The position numbers and the translations under genes were made by a program. Below are positions 37,804 through 45,750 of a stretch of 64,000 nt of DNA, one piece after another; the first letter of the stretch is position 1, and every line of letters starts with the position of its first letter. This DNA comes from Parcubacteria group bacterium (GTDB lineage Bacteria > Patescibacteriota > Minisyncoccia > Moranbacterales > UBA2206): contig JBAZUU010000001.1 in NCBI GenBank assembly GCA_041661275.1, forward strand, positions 35,493 through 99,492, in the 5' to 3' direction. The notes under the pieces were generated by a model. It searched no databases, was not told where the DNA came from, and saw only the letters and a list, made by a program, of their open reading frames with translations.

Positions 37804-38129
37804 TATTTTTCTAATTTTTCTGCTTTTTCCAGTTTTTTATCCAGTCTTTTTTCTTCTTTCTTAAATATCTTGACCAGATACAAAGATATCAAAACAACGA
37901 TGATAGTGAGGACTGTGGCATAAATAAATTTAGCCCAAACAGTGTTTTCTTTGGCCGGAAAAAAATTTTCAATTAGTGTCTTGACTGCATCGTTCCAGGC
38001 AAGTCCCGCTACTAGCCCAAGAGCTGTCACGATGTATCCTACAGTTTTATTTCTAATTTCCTCCCTTACTCCTGATATTTCTTTTTTTATTTTTGTTTTT
38101 ATTATAGCCATAAAATTATTATTTCCCAT
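37803..38129 (-). CDS. Small two-TM protein (DUF5654/MscL-like)
   Basis: ALGLVAGLAWNDAVK...KFIYA. Confidence 0.7.
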   Translation of the reverse strand: MGNNNFMAIIKTKIKKEISGVREEIRNKTVGYIVTALGLVAGLAWNDAVKTLIENFFPAKENTVWAKFIYATVLTIIVVLISLYLVKIFKKEEKRLDKKLEKAEKLEK

Positions 38130-38862
38130 TAAATATTTCGTTAATTATTAATCCAACCGTCGTCGCATACACATGATGGATGCCAAAACGATCGACTTCT
38201 TTTTGAATATTTTTATTATTATGTTCAACATGAAATTTTTCGCCTTTTTCCGTCCTTTCGTGATCCATAATGTGCCAGTCGCACTTTTCAAAAAAGCCAA
38301 ACGATTGTTTCCTGGCTCTGATATTTTTAAACATCTTTCTCAACTTAATATTATCACAATTTATAATTACCTGCCCATCACGCTTCGTCTTTCTGATAAG
38401 TGTTTTATATTCATCGGCCATATCGTTCATATCGGAAAAATTTTCGAGATATCTTTGTGTTATGTCGGTGATGACAGATATTTTTGGTTTAATTATGGAA
38501 AGCAAGTGTTTCATATCGCCGCGGCTTGACGCGCCCAATTCTAATATCAGAATAAGCGGAAAATCTTTTTGCCATAGGCTTAATATCGACCGATATAGCG
38601 TCGGCAGCCACTTTTTGTAATGGTTATACCCGCTGGGCAGGTCTAAGACCGCCAGAGGCAAACCTATTTCGGTATTAAAACTATTCTGATTAGCCCGAAC
38701 TTTCATACCTTTTTCTTCCAACACATGTTTTATCTCTTCTTTCACAAAAGTCTTATTGGTCGATCCGGCAATGGCGATTATTGTTGGACGATGGACAAAC
38801 AGCACCAGTTTGGTGATGTATTTGAGATAGTATTTTAGTAATGTTTTGAATACTAGTTTCAT
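38119..38862 (-). CDS. Truncated MurF-like Mur ligase central domain
   Basis: IAGSTNKT, SFNTEIGLPL and LELG; no C-terminal domain. Confidence 0.7.
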   Translation of the reverse strand: MKLVFKTLLKYYLKYITKLVLFVHRPTIIAIAGSTNKTFVKEEIKHVLEEKGMKVRANQNSFNTEIGLPLAVLDLPSGYNHYKKWLPTLYRSILSLWQKDFPLILILELGASSRGDMKHLLSIIKPKISVITDITQRYLENFSDMNDMADEYKTLIRKTKRDGQVIINCDNIKLRKMFKNIRARKQSFGFFEKCDWHIMDHERTEKGEKFHVEHNNKNIQKEVDRFGIHHVYATTVGLIINEIFNGK

Positions 38863-40103
38863 AAAAAAAGTTTTTCTATCCTATCAAATGCTTCGTTTAT
38901 CTCTCTTTTTCTTTTCCCGAAGCTTATACGGATATGGTTTTCACCATTTTCACCAAAAGCCACTCCGGGAACTGTCGCTACTTGCGCTTTCTCCAGTATC
39001 CAAAGAGCAAATTGCCAGGAGTTGCTTATATATAGATCGTCGTTTCTTCTGTCTATAGTGAACTTCTTGTTTGTTATGATTCTCGGAAAAACATAGTAAG
39101 CGCTGGTTGGTTTTACATAGCTGAAAACATTTGAAAGCCTATCGAGACGCTCGCATATTATATCGCGTCTTTTCTTGTATTTTTTATTGAATAATTTCAC
39201 GTCATCTTCCGCCATTTCCAGCGCCCCCATGGCCGCGTACTGCGATATTACCGGCGCGCAAGTGACCAAAGAATCATGGACTTTCAGAATTTCTTTGATG
39301 ATAGATTCGTCACTATGGACATAGCCTATCCGCCAGCCGGTCATAGCATAAGTTTTGGAAAAACTGAAAACACGAATGACCCGTTTTCGCAATTCTGGCA
39401 ATTCTGCTAAACTAAATATTTTTTGGACATCGGATGTCCAAACTTTGTTTTTCTTACCGTCTTGGACATCCGATGTCCCAGCGCTGTCAAAAACCAGATC
39501 TTTATACACTTCGTCAGAAATTAGATATAAATTATGCTTTTCGGCCAGCTTTGCCAGTCCCAATAGTTGCTCCTTGGTATAAATCGTTCCAGTAGGATTA
39601 TTAGGATTGCAATAAAATATCGCTTTGGTTTTTGGCGTGATCGCTTGTTCATATTTTTCCAGTTCAAACGCCCAACCTTTTTCTTCATTAAGCGGCACAA
39701 AAACCGGTACGCATCCGGCCAGGGTTATCACTTCGCGATATGATGTATAGGTCGGCTCCGGAATGATGATCTCATCGCCCGGATTGGTAATGGCAAAAAT
39801 AGTCGCAGTTATGCCTTCAATGGAACCAGCAGTCACAATAATTTCTTTTTGCCAGTCATAGAACATATTCTCCCGAGCAAGATGTATTTCAATCAGTTCT
39901 CGCAGTTCCGGCAGTCCCGGAGAAAGTGAATATCTGGCTACTACGCCGTCTTTAAGCGCCCTTTCTACCCGGCGCTTAATACACGCTGGCGTATCAAAGC
40001 TTGGCACCCCTTGCGCCAAAGATATCACATCCGGAAACTTGGCCGCCCGCAGTTCCATCTGCTTTATGACTGATAATCGAAGGTTTTTAGTGCGTTCAAA
40101 CAT
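38859..40103 (-). CDS. PLP-dependent aminotransferase class I/II
   Basis: NPNNPTG, SDEVY and SFSKTYAMTGWRIG motifs. Confidence 0.93.
   Translation of the reverse strand: MFERTKNLRLSVIKQMELRAAKFPDVISLAQGVPSFDTPACIKRRVERALKDGVVARYSLSPGLPELRELIEIHLARENMFYDWQKEIIVTAGSIEGITATIFAITNPGDEIIIPEPTYTSYREVITLAGCVPVFVPLNEEKGWAFELEKYEQAITPKTKAIFYCNPNNPTGTIYTKEQLLGLAKLAEKHNLYLISDEVYKDLVFDSAGTSDVQDGKKNKVWTSDVQKIFSLAELPELRKRVIRVFSFSKTYAMTGWRIGYVHSDESIIKEILKVHDSLVTCAPVISQYAAMGALEMAEDDVKLFNKKYKKRRDIICERLDRLSNVFSYVKPTSAYYVFPRIITNKKFTIDRRNDDLYISNSWQFALWILEKAQVATVPGVAFGENGENHIRISFGKRKREINEAFDRIEKLFL
39422..39480. repeat. Palindrome doublet TGGACATC(G/C)GATGTCC inside the aminotransferase
   Basis: Two inverted copies encoding GTSDVQ...WTSDVQ. 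Confidence 0.7.
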
Positions 40104-40190
40104 AATATTTCAGCATTTTAGGATTATATCAGACATTTTCTAAAAGAAAAAGACATCAAATAATGATATCTTTTCGTATTTCAAATCCTG

Positions 40191-41258
40191 TTATTTATAT
40201 CTCTTCAACGCTTCCCCAATCAACTTATCCAAAAACTCCGAAAATTCCATCCCGGCGGCTTTGGCCGCCTGCGGCGCCAAACTTGTCGCGGTCATTCCCG
40301 GAATGGTGTTGATTTCTAAAAAGTATATTTTATTCGCTTCGGTATCCCAAATAAAATCAGCTCTTGAAAGATCGGCACATCCAACCGCTTTAAAAACTTT
40401 GACAGCATAACGCTGTACTTTTTTCGTGATATCATCGGGAATTTGCGCCGGACAAACTTCTTCTGAACCTCCAGTCTGATATTTAGCTTTGTAGTCAAAA
40501 AATGTGGAAACTTTGGGAATAATTTCAATGACTGGTAAAGCTTTCGGAGACTTGTTTCCAAATACCGCCACAGTCAGTTCCCGACCTTTTATAAATTGCT
40601 CCAGCATTACTTCATTGCCATATTCCAGCGCTTTTTGGATGCCTACTTCCAATTCTTCTTTAGTTTTAGCAATATTTATTCCAACAGATGATCCAAGCTC
40701 AATGGGCTTTATGACGACTGGCAAATTTAGCTTAGCAATAATTTTATCTGAATTGTATTTTTTATTTTTATTAATTACTACTTCTTTAGCGATCTTCACT
40801 CCGGCACTTTTTGCCATCACTTTTGTTTTATGCTTATTCATCGCCAAGGCACTGGCTAAAGTTCCGGAAAAAACATACGGCATTCCTAGCATATCGAGCA
40901 TACCCTGTAATTTTCCATCTTCGACATACTGCCCATGAACGATGGGCATGACTAAATCTATTTTTACTCCAGCTTCTCCTTCGACAAAATCGAAATTATT
41001 ATTTTCAACCACACTCACCAATTTTTGCGATTGTTCCAGATCCACTCCACCTTCCGTTTGAGCCAGTGACAAATTTTCTTCCATATATTGCTTTCCCTTA
41101 TCACCAAGAAGCCAATTACCGCCTTTTGTTATGGCAATGGGAATAATATTATACTTTTCTGCATTTAGTGCGCTCATCACTTGACTCGCTGACTTGATAG
41201 ATACTTCATGCTCACCGGACTTGCCGCCAAAGATAACTGCCAGATTTAATTTTGCCAT
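40191..41258 (-). CDS. ddl: D-alanine--D-alanine ligase
   Basis: GGKSGEHEVS, HG-EDG, GSSVG and LEINTIPGMT motifs. Confidence 0.95.
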   Translation of the reverse strand: MAKLNLAVIFGGKSGEHEVSIKSASQVMSALNAEKYNIIPIAITKGGNWLLGDKGKQYMEENLSLAQTEGGVDLEQSQKLVSVVENNNFDFVEGEAGVKIDLVMPIVHGQYVEDGKLQGMLDMLGMPYVFSGTLASALAMNKHKTKVMAKSAGVKIAKEVVINKNKKYNSDKIIAKLNLPVVIKPIELGSSVGINIAKTKEELEVGIQKALEYGNEVMLEQFIKGRELTVAVFGNKSPKALPVIEIIPKVSTFFDYKAKYQTGGSEEVCPAQIPDDITKKVQRYAVKVFKAVGCADLSRADFIWDTEANKIYFLEINTIPGMTATSLAPQAAKAAGMEFSEFLDKLIGEALKRYK

Positions 41259-41341
41259 ATTTTTTTACCTCATGGAGTAATTTTTTCTTCAAAAAAATTA
41301 ATTTTGCGAAGCAAAATTTACTCCACGGGGTGAATTAATTA

Positions 41342-41878
41342 TTACTCAATGCAGCAATCAATCGCCTTTCGCACCAACTCTCCCATTTTTCCTAAAAATC
41401 CGGTCTTCGCCGTATCGTGTTTATTTACGGCTTTATCATCTATTTTTTTCACATCATCAGTTTTAATAATTTTCATATTCACTGCCCAAAAAAGAGAATA
41501 TAGATCATAGGCCTTTTGGAAAAGTTCTTGCGCTTGTTCCTTTTTCCCCATACCTTGCTGTTTAGTCCCCACTTCCATAAGTCGCATGGAAGCTGCCAGC
41601 AAGTGTTTTGATATGCACCATTGTTCTCCCTCCGGTTCTTTCACGATAAGGCGCAAAAGATCTCCGCGCATCTTTCTAACTTCTTGCAACAAATCATAAT
41701 ACTCCGGTTTTCCCAATTTGGCTCCAGTAAAAAAGAAATGCTCTTCAATACTCACCAGATTCATAATGGCGATGGACAAATCTTGATCGGATGACAAATC
41801 CATCTTGTCAGCCTTTTTCATATTATCAACCTTCTCGATAAGATCGTTGACGTTTTTTATCAAAGTTTCGTTTTCCAT
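41342..41878 (-). CDS. Conserved hypothetical helical protein
   Basis: MNLVSIEEH and WCISKHLL; ends DCCIE. Confidence 0.7.
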   Translation of the reverse strand: MENETLIKNVNDLIEKVDNMKKADKMDLSSDQDLSIAIMNLVSIEEHFFFTGAKLGKPEYYDLLQEVRKMRGDLLRLIVKEPEGEQWCISKHLLAASMRLMEVGTKQQGMGKKEQAQELFQKAYDLYSLFWAVNMKIIKTDDVKKIDDKAVNKHDTAKTGFLGKMGELVRKAIDCCIE

Positions 41879-41881
41879 ATT

Positions 41882-42442
41882 TTATTTGTTTAAAAAGTAA
41901 AAAAATATACTAGCAAAAATGAGTGGCACAATCGGCATCACTACTTTTTGGAACGGAAAATAGGCCCGGCCGCCATTTTTTTTCTTCAAATATTCATAAT
42001 ATTCGGCGCCTGAAAAAAACAGAATGCATCCGATGGCAATTCCCAAAAGCATCTTGTCTATTCCCCACATTTTATTCAGTTCCTTTCCTACTATTGGATA
42101 GCCTTTTATTTTTATAAAAAACAAAGGAACAATAATCATTAAAAAATACACGATAATCGTCACTGCTTTCATTTGAAAAAATTTGATATTTTTTCTAGAA
42201 AACCAATCTAGTGTCCAAGAAATCAAAGAAACAGTCAGCCCTCCGACCCATAGTCCGATGATCACATCGTCTACGCCAAATTCTTCGGCCAGTCCCACTC
42301 CGGCTCCGACGGCAATCGTGCATATCGGGCAAACAGCCAGGGCCTTAGGCGCGACACAAAAAACTCCCGTTAAAATAAAAGATGTTAACGTTATTATAAT
42401 CCTCCTCATTCGTAGATTCGCATGCAATTCGTAGATTCGCAT
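41882..42442 (-). CDS. Membrane protein with a CPIC motif
   Basis: AVCPICTIAVGAG, GVDD, FPFQKVV; several TM helices. Confidence 0.7.
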   Translation of the reverse strand: MRIYELHANLRMRRIIITLTSFILTGVFCVAPKALAVCPICTIAVGAGVGLAEEFGVDDVIIGLWVGGLTVSLISWTLDWFSRKNIKFFQMKAVTIIVYFLMIIVPLFFIKIKGYPIVGKELNKMWGIDKMLLGIAIGCILFFSGAEYYEYLKKKNGGRAYFPFQKVVMPIVPLIFASIFFYFLNK

Positions 42443-42444
42443 CG

Positions 42445-42807
42445 CTATTTTGTCTTATCCTGAAAATATTTAATGACATCTTCCTGGCCCTCATAACATT
42501 TTCCCCCGTCCCAAAGCATGGGCACGCCCATCTGTTTTTCGTCAGTTGTTCCGCAAGCCTTATATTTCTCCACCAGTATTGCGCTGTTGTCTTTGTTATG
42601 AAAAACCTCTACTTGGGTAAAGCTTACCTTTTGGGCAATATTGTTCTTATTTATAAAATCCTCAACAATCTGACAGTGTGGACATTCTTTGCCATAAAAA
42701 AGTAGGACGCCACTAGCGTTAGTCGCACTCGGACTTTTGCTAAAAAGCATATAGCCTAAGAACGCTAATATTAAAACAATAAGAATTACTAAAATTGCCT
42801 TCTTCAT
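42445..42807 (-). CDS. Membrane-anchored thioredoxin/glutaredoxin-like protein
   Basis: N-terminal TM; CPHC; GVP cis-Pro. Confidence 0.8.
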   Translation of the reverse strand: MKKAILVILIVLILAFLGYMLFSKSPSATNASGVLLFYGKECPHCQIVEDFINKNNIAQKVSFTQVEVFHNKDNSAILVEKYKACGTTDEKQMGVPMLWDGGKCYEGQEDVIKYFQDKTK

Positions 42808-42977
42808 AAAATGTTTTGGTTAATAATTCTACTTAATATTAGCAACAAAAACATTTTTAGCCAAGCAAACGGTATTAAGGATGTAAAAACAGCCCCGAGC
42901 TTGCGCCTAGGGCCATTTTTTATCTAGAAGATACTCTTTTATTCGTATGTGCGCGTTCGTAGTGCGCTATTCGCATA

Positions 42978-43307
42978 CTAGTATCTGTCTCTTCGTCCGC
43001 CTCCGAAACCACCTCTGTCTCCACCTCGATTGAAACCACCAGATCTCTGGGGTCGATCGCCTTGGGGACGAGCTTCGTTGACAGTCAGAGTTCTACCTTC
43101 GAATTCCTGTCCGTTGAACATTTCAACAGCTTTTTTGGCTTCCTCGTCAGTCGCCATTTCTACGAAGCCGAAGCCTCGAGAACGTCCGGACATTTTGTCC
43201 ATGATGATGGTAGCAGAGACAACTTGTCCAGCTCCAGCGAATAGAGAACCCAAGGAATCCTGGGTAGTATTGTAGGAAAGTCCTCCTACATACAACTTTT
43301 GACTCAT
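42978..43307 (-). CDS. RRM RNA-binding protein
   Basis: LYVGGL, RGFGFVEM and a Gly-rich tail. Confidence 0.95.
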   Translation of the reverse strand: MSQKLYVGGLSYNTTQDSLGSLFAGAGQVVSATIIMDKMSGRSRGFGFVEMATDEEAKKAVEMFNGQEFEGRTLTVNEARPQGDRPQRSGGFNRGGDRGGFGGGRRDRY

Positions 43308-43548
43308 TGATTTTCTTATATGAATTTACTTTGTAAGGTGACCTTCTCTCTTGTTTACTCTGTTGCGGAATTTAACCGCTCACTTAGCTTACACTAACTT
43401 CATATAAGACTAAAAACGAGAAACGAATGCGAGAAAACTTACATTAATCCTAGTATACACTTTTGAGCCAAAATGTCAACCCAAACAGCATAAATCCCCT
43501 GATATTGATTAACTAAAGCATTTATCCACAGTTTCCGATATTTGCCGG

Positions 43549-43733
43549 TTGACAGAAATCGGCTGCTCTGCTATACTGCCGGAGTAAGATAAGATTATGA
43601 AAACAGCGAAACAAACATTCAAGCTAGTCTTTGGGATGTTGATTACCGTCATTGGACGATAAATTTTCGCTGGGAACATAGCATAAAAAAAATAGACAAA
43701 CGGATCCCGGCGAAAAGCGGGGTTTTTATTTTT
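43549..43733 (+). promoter_or_regulatory. Promoter, leader peptide (43597-43662) and attenuator
   Basis: TTGACA-N17-TATACT; 21-aa uORF; 12-bp antiterminator competing with a terminator. Confidence 0.6.
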
Positions 43734-44028
43734 CAAAGTTCCTTACAACACAAATTCTATTAGCCGGAGAGTGCGTAAAATTTAATTGTGCATTGTCCGG
43801 CAAACGGAATGATTTCCTTGAAAGAAAGATTCTTGAAAACTAATTTGCTTGAATTTTTGCCGACTCACTCGTTTAAATATGGCAGTGATGAATCAGGCTC
43901 TCCTAAAAGGAGAAAAAATAATTTTCAACAAACCGGTTTTCAATAAATTAATCAATCAAGGAAATCTTCTAGATGCCAATCTGCAAGAGGGGTAAGTCAT
44001 CCTACAACCGAAACGGATAGGGGGGAAC

Positions 44029-44199
44029 ATGAATCAGCCAAAGAAAGTGACCGAGAAAAGCTTGACCGGAAATAAAGGAAATCTCCTGAAATTTCCCGTT
44101 CCGATAGATGAACGGGAACCTGTCAAGCCACCGAGCTCTCATGAAATCAAGAGGGCTTTCTCTGAACTTTTTATGGCAAAAGCCGTCCAGACGACTTAA
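44029..44199 (+). CDS. Small hypothetical protein (56 aa)
   Basis: AGGGGGG SD; hairpins downstream. Confidence 0.4.
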   Translation: MNQPKKVTEKSLTGNKGNLLKFPVPIDEREPVKPPSSHEIKRAFSELFMAKAVQTT

Positions 44200-44354
44200 C
44201 TCAGTCCCATAAACTCCAAAAGAGTATGGGCATATCAACACAAGGGAGAGGTGCAATCCGCTTCTCCCTTCTCTCAAAAAATTTATTACTTTTTATATAA
44301 CCACCACACAAAAATGAATTTTATATTTCTCACAAATAGCATAATTATGATTAT

Positions 44355-44430
44355 TAACCGACCAGCGTCGAGTTGATTTTGGTTTCCGAAAACTAATTAG
44401 GATCAACCCGACGCCAGTCGGTTTTTTTAT
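44355..44430 (+). ncRNA. Long hairpin plus T-tract (candidate sRNA or attenuator)
   Basis: AACCGAC..CGTCG.GTTGAT / ATCAAC.CGACG..GTCGGTT followed by a T-run. Confidence 0.45.
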
Positions 44431-44531
44431 TGATTAATAACAACATTATCCTCCTCTCCCTTCGGGAGAGGATGTCAGCCTAAATTTTTCTTAAAATTTT
44501 GGCTGACAGGAGAGGGAAAAGGAGATCTATC

Positions 44532-44663
44532 ATGAAAAAACCGGAAGAAGAACAATGCAAGCTGTCAACTGAAAGCCAAAAGAGAATGCGAAGAATCGCT
44601 CAAAAAGAAGGCAAAAAAAGTGCGTGCGAACTTTGCATCCACAGGGAGAAATGTAAAAAATAA
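44532..44663 (+). CDS. Small Cys-containing protein (43 aa)
   Basis: AAGGAG SD; C...CELC-H...C. Confidence 0.45.
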   Translation: MKKPEEEQCKLSTESQKRMRRIAQKEGKKSACELCIHREKCKK

Positions 44664-44774
44664 ACCCCTAACTTTTTCCTAACATGGAATGAGTTGCAAG
44701 CCGAAAAGTAAAACATACTTTTTGGCACCAGCCGAGCTTACCCCCTTACAGCCCGGCCTTTTTATTGCACCTTA

Positions 44775-44940
44775 TTGACAAGATAAACTACATCTGCTAA
44801 ATTAAGGGTACTGTTATGAATCAAATTATAAACAACCTACTACTTCTATTGCTTAGCCCGCACGCGGTGGTTGTTTCGTTTCGTTCATAAGCAGTAGTTA
44901 AAACGAAGAAAAACATTCCGCCGTGTGGGCGGTTTTTTTA
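44775..44940 (+). promoter_or_regulatory. Promoter, Leu/Val-rich leader peptide (44816-44890) and attenuator
   Basis: TTGACA-N17-TAAATT; MNQIINNLLLLLLSPHAVVVSFRS; terminator CCGCC/GGCGG-T7; 9-bp antiterminator. Confidence 0.65.
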
Positions 44941-45119
44941 TTTGCGGCTCCCTACATTATTCCCTTCTCCCTTTTAGGGAGAAGGTGGCTCGAGTCCCGC
45001 AATAGCGGACGAGAGACGGATGAGGGAAAACCATGGAATAGTGAGTTTATAAATTAAATTTTAATTTTTAAACTGGCTGTTTCAGAGGGTTCTTTCAACA
45101 ACTAACAGGAGAAAGAGTT

Positions 45120-45269
45120 ATGATTTTTCTTAACGACATACCTCAAATAATCGAAGATTACGAAGCGGTAAGAAAGATTTACCGCAAAAGAGCAAAAAAA
45201 GAGCGGCTTCATCGATTTATCGTAAGATGCCGCATGTTTATTACTCGTTTTCCTTGGATTCACATTTAA
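45120..45269 (+). CDS. Small basic protein (49 aa)
   Basis: AGGAG SD. Confidence 0.45.
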   Translation: MIFLNDIPQIIEDYEAVRKIYRKRAKKERLHRFIVRCRMFITRFPWIHI

Positions 45270-45297
45270 TTTCAAAGGTCAAAGAAAGGAAGGTACT

Positions 45298-45486
45298 ATG
45301 GACGCGACAGTTCTTTTAACGCAAGGCCTTAGACCACCGAAAGCAAGGGTTAAAGTCGATGAAAATCCCCCCTGCTGCAATTGTGGGGATAAAACACGCA
45401 GGGTCAACGATGCCCTGATCTGGTGTGAATCGTGCAACACAAAAATGAACCCGGCGGGTGAAGAAATAGAGGGATTTGTTTTTTAA
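45298..45486 (+). CDS. Small zinc-ribbon protein
   Basis: CCNCG...WCESC; AGGAAGG SD; terminator follows. Confidence 0.6.
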   Translation: MDATVLLTQGLRPPKARVKVDENPPCCNCGDKTRRVNDALIWCESCNTKMNPAGEEIEGFVF

Positions 45487-45675
45487 ACAATACTGCAAAT
45501 CTTTCAAGAGGCGGCTGGATATCCACATCTCCAGACCGCCTTCTTTTTATCCCCCACTATTGATTTATCTGAAAGATTTGCTATAATCATCTTGTTATCT
45601 ATGTATAGTTCCGTAAGGAACTATTTTTCAGCCAGAGGCTGATCCGCCTATGGCGGAAAAAATTGAATATTACAA

Positions 45676-45750
45676 TCCGGCGTAGCTCAATGGTAGAGCA
45701 GTTGACTGTTAATCAATTGGTTGTAGGTTCGAGTCCTACCGCCGGAGCCA
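45676..45750 (+). tRNA. tRNA-Asn(GTT)
   Basis: Cloverleaf, anticodon loop CTGTTAA, GGTTCGAGTCC, encoded CCA. Confidence 0.96.

Noticed and set aside
43521-43530. DnaA box as oriC
   Set aside because: The boxes are single and scattered near promoters; there is no cluster and no dnaA/dnaN.
43740-44020. c-di-GMP or other known riboswitch (GGCAAAC, GAAA elements)
   Set aside because: The second conserved stem (GACGCAAA-type) is missing; a covariance-model search would be needed.
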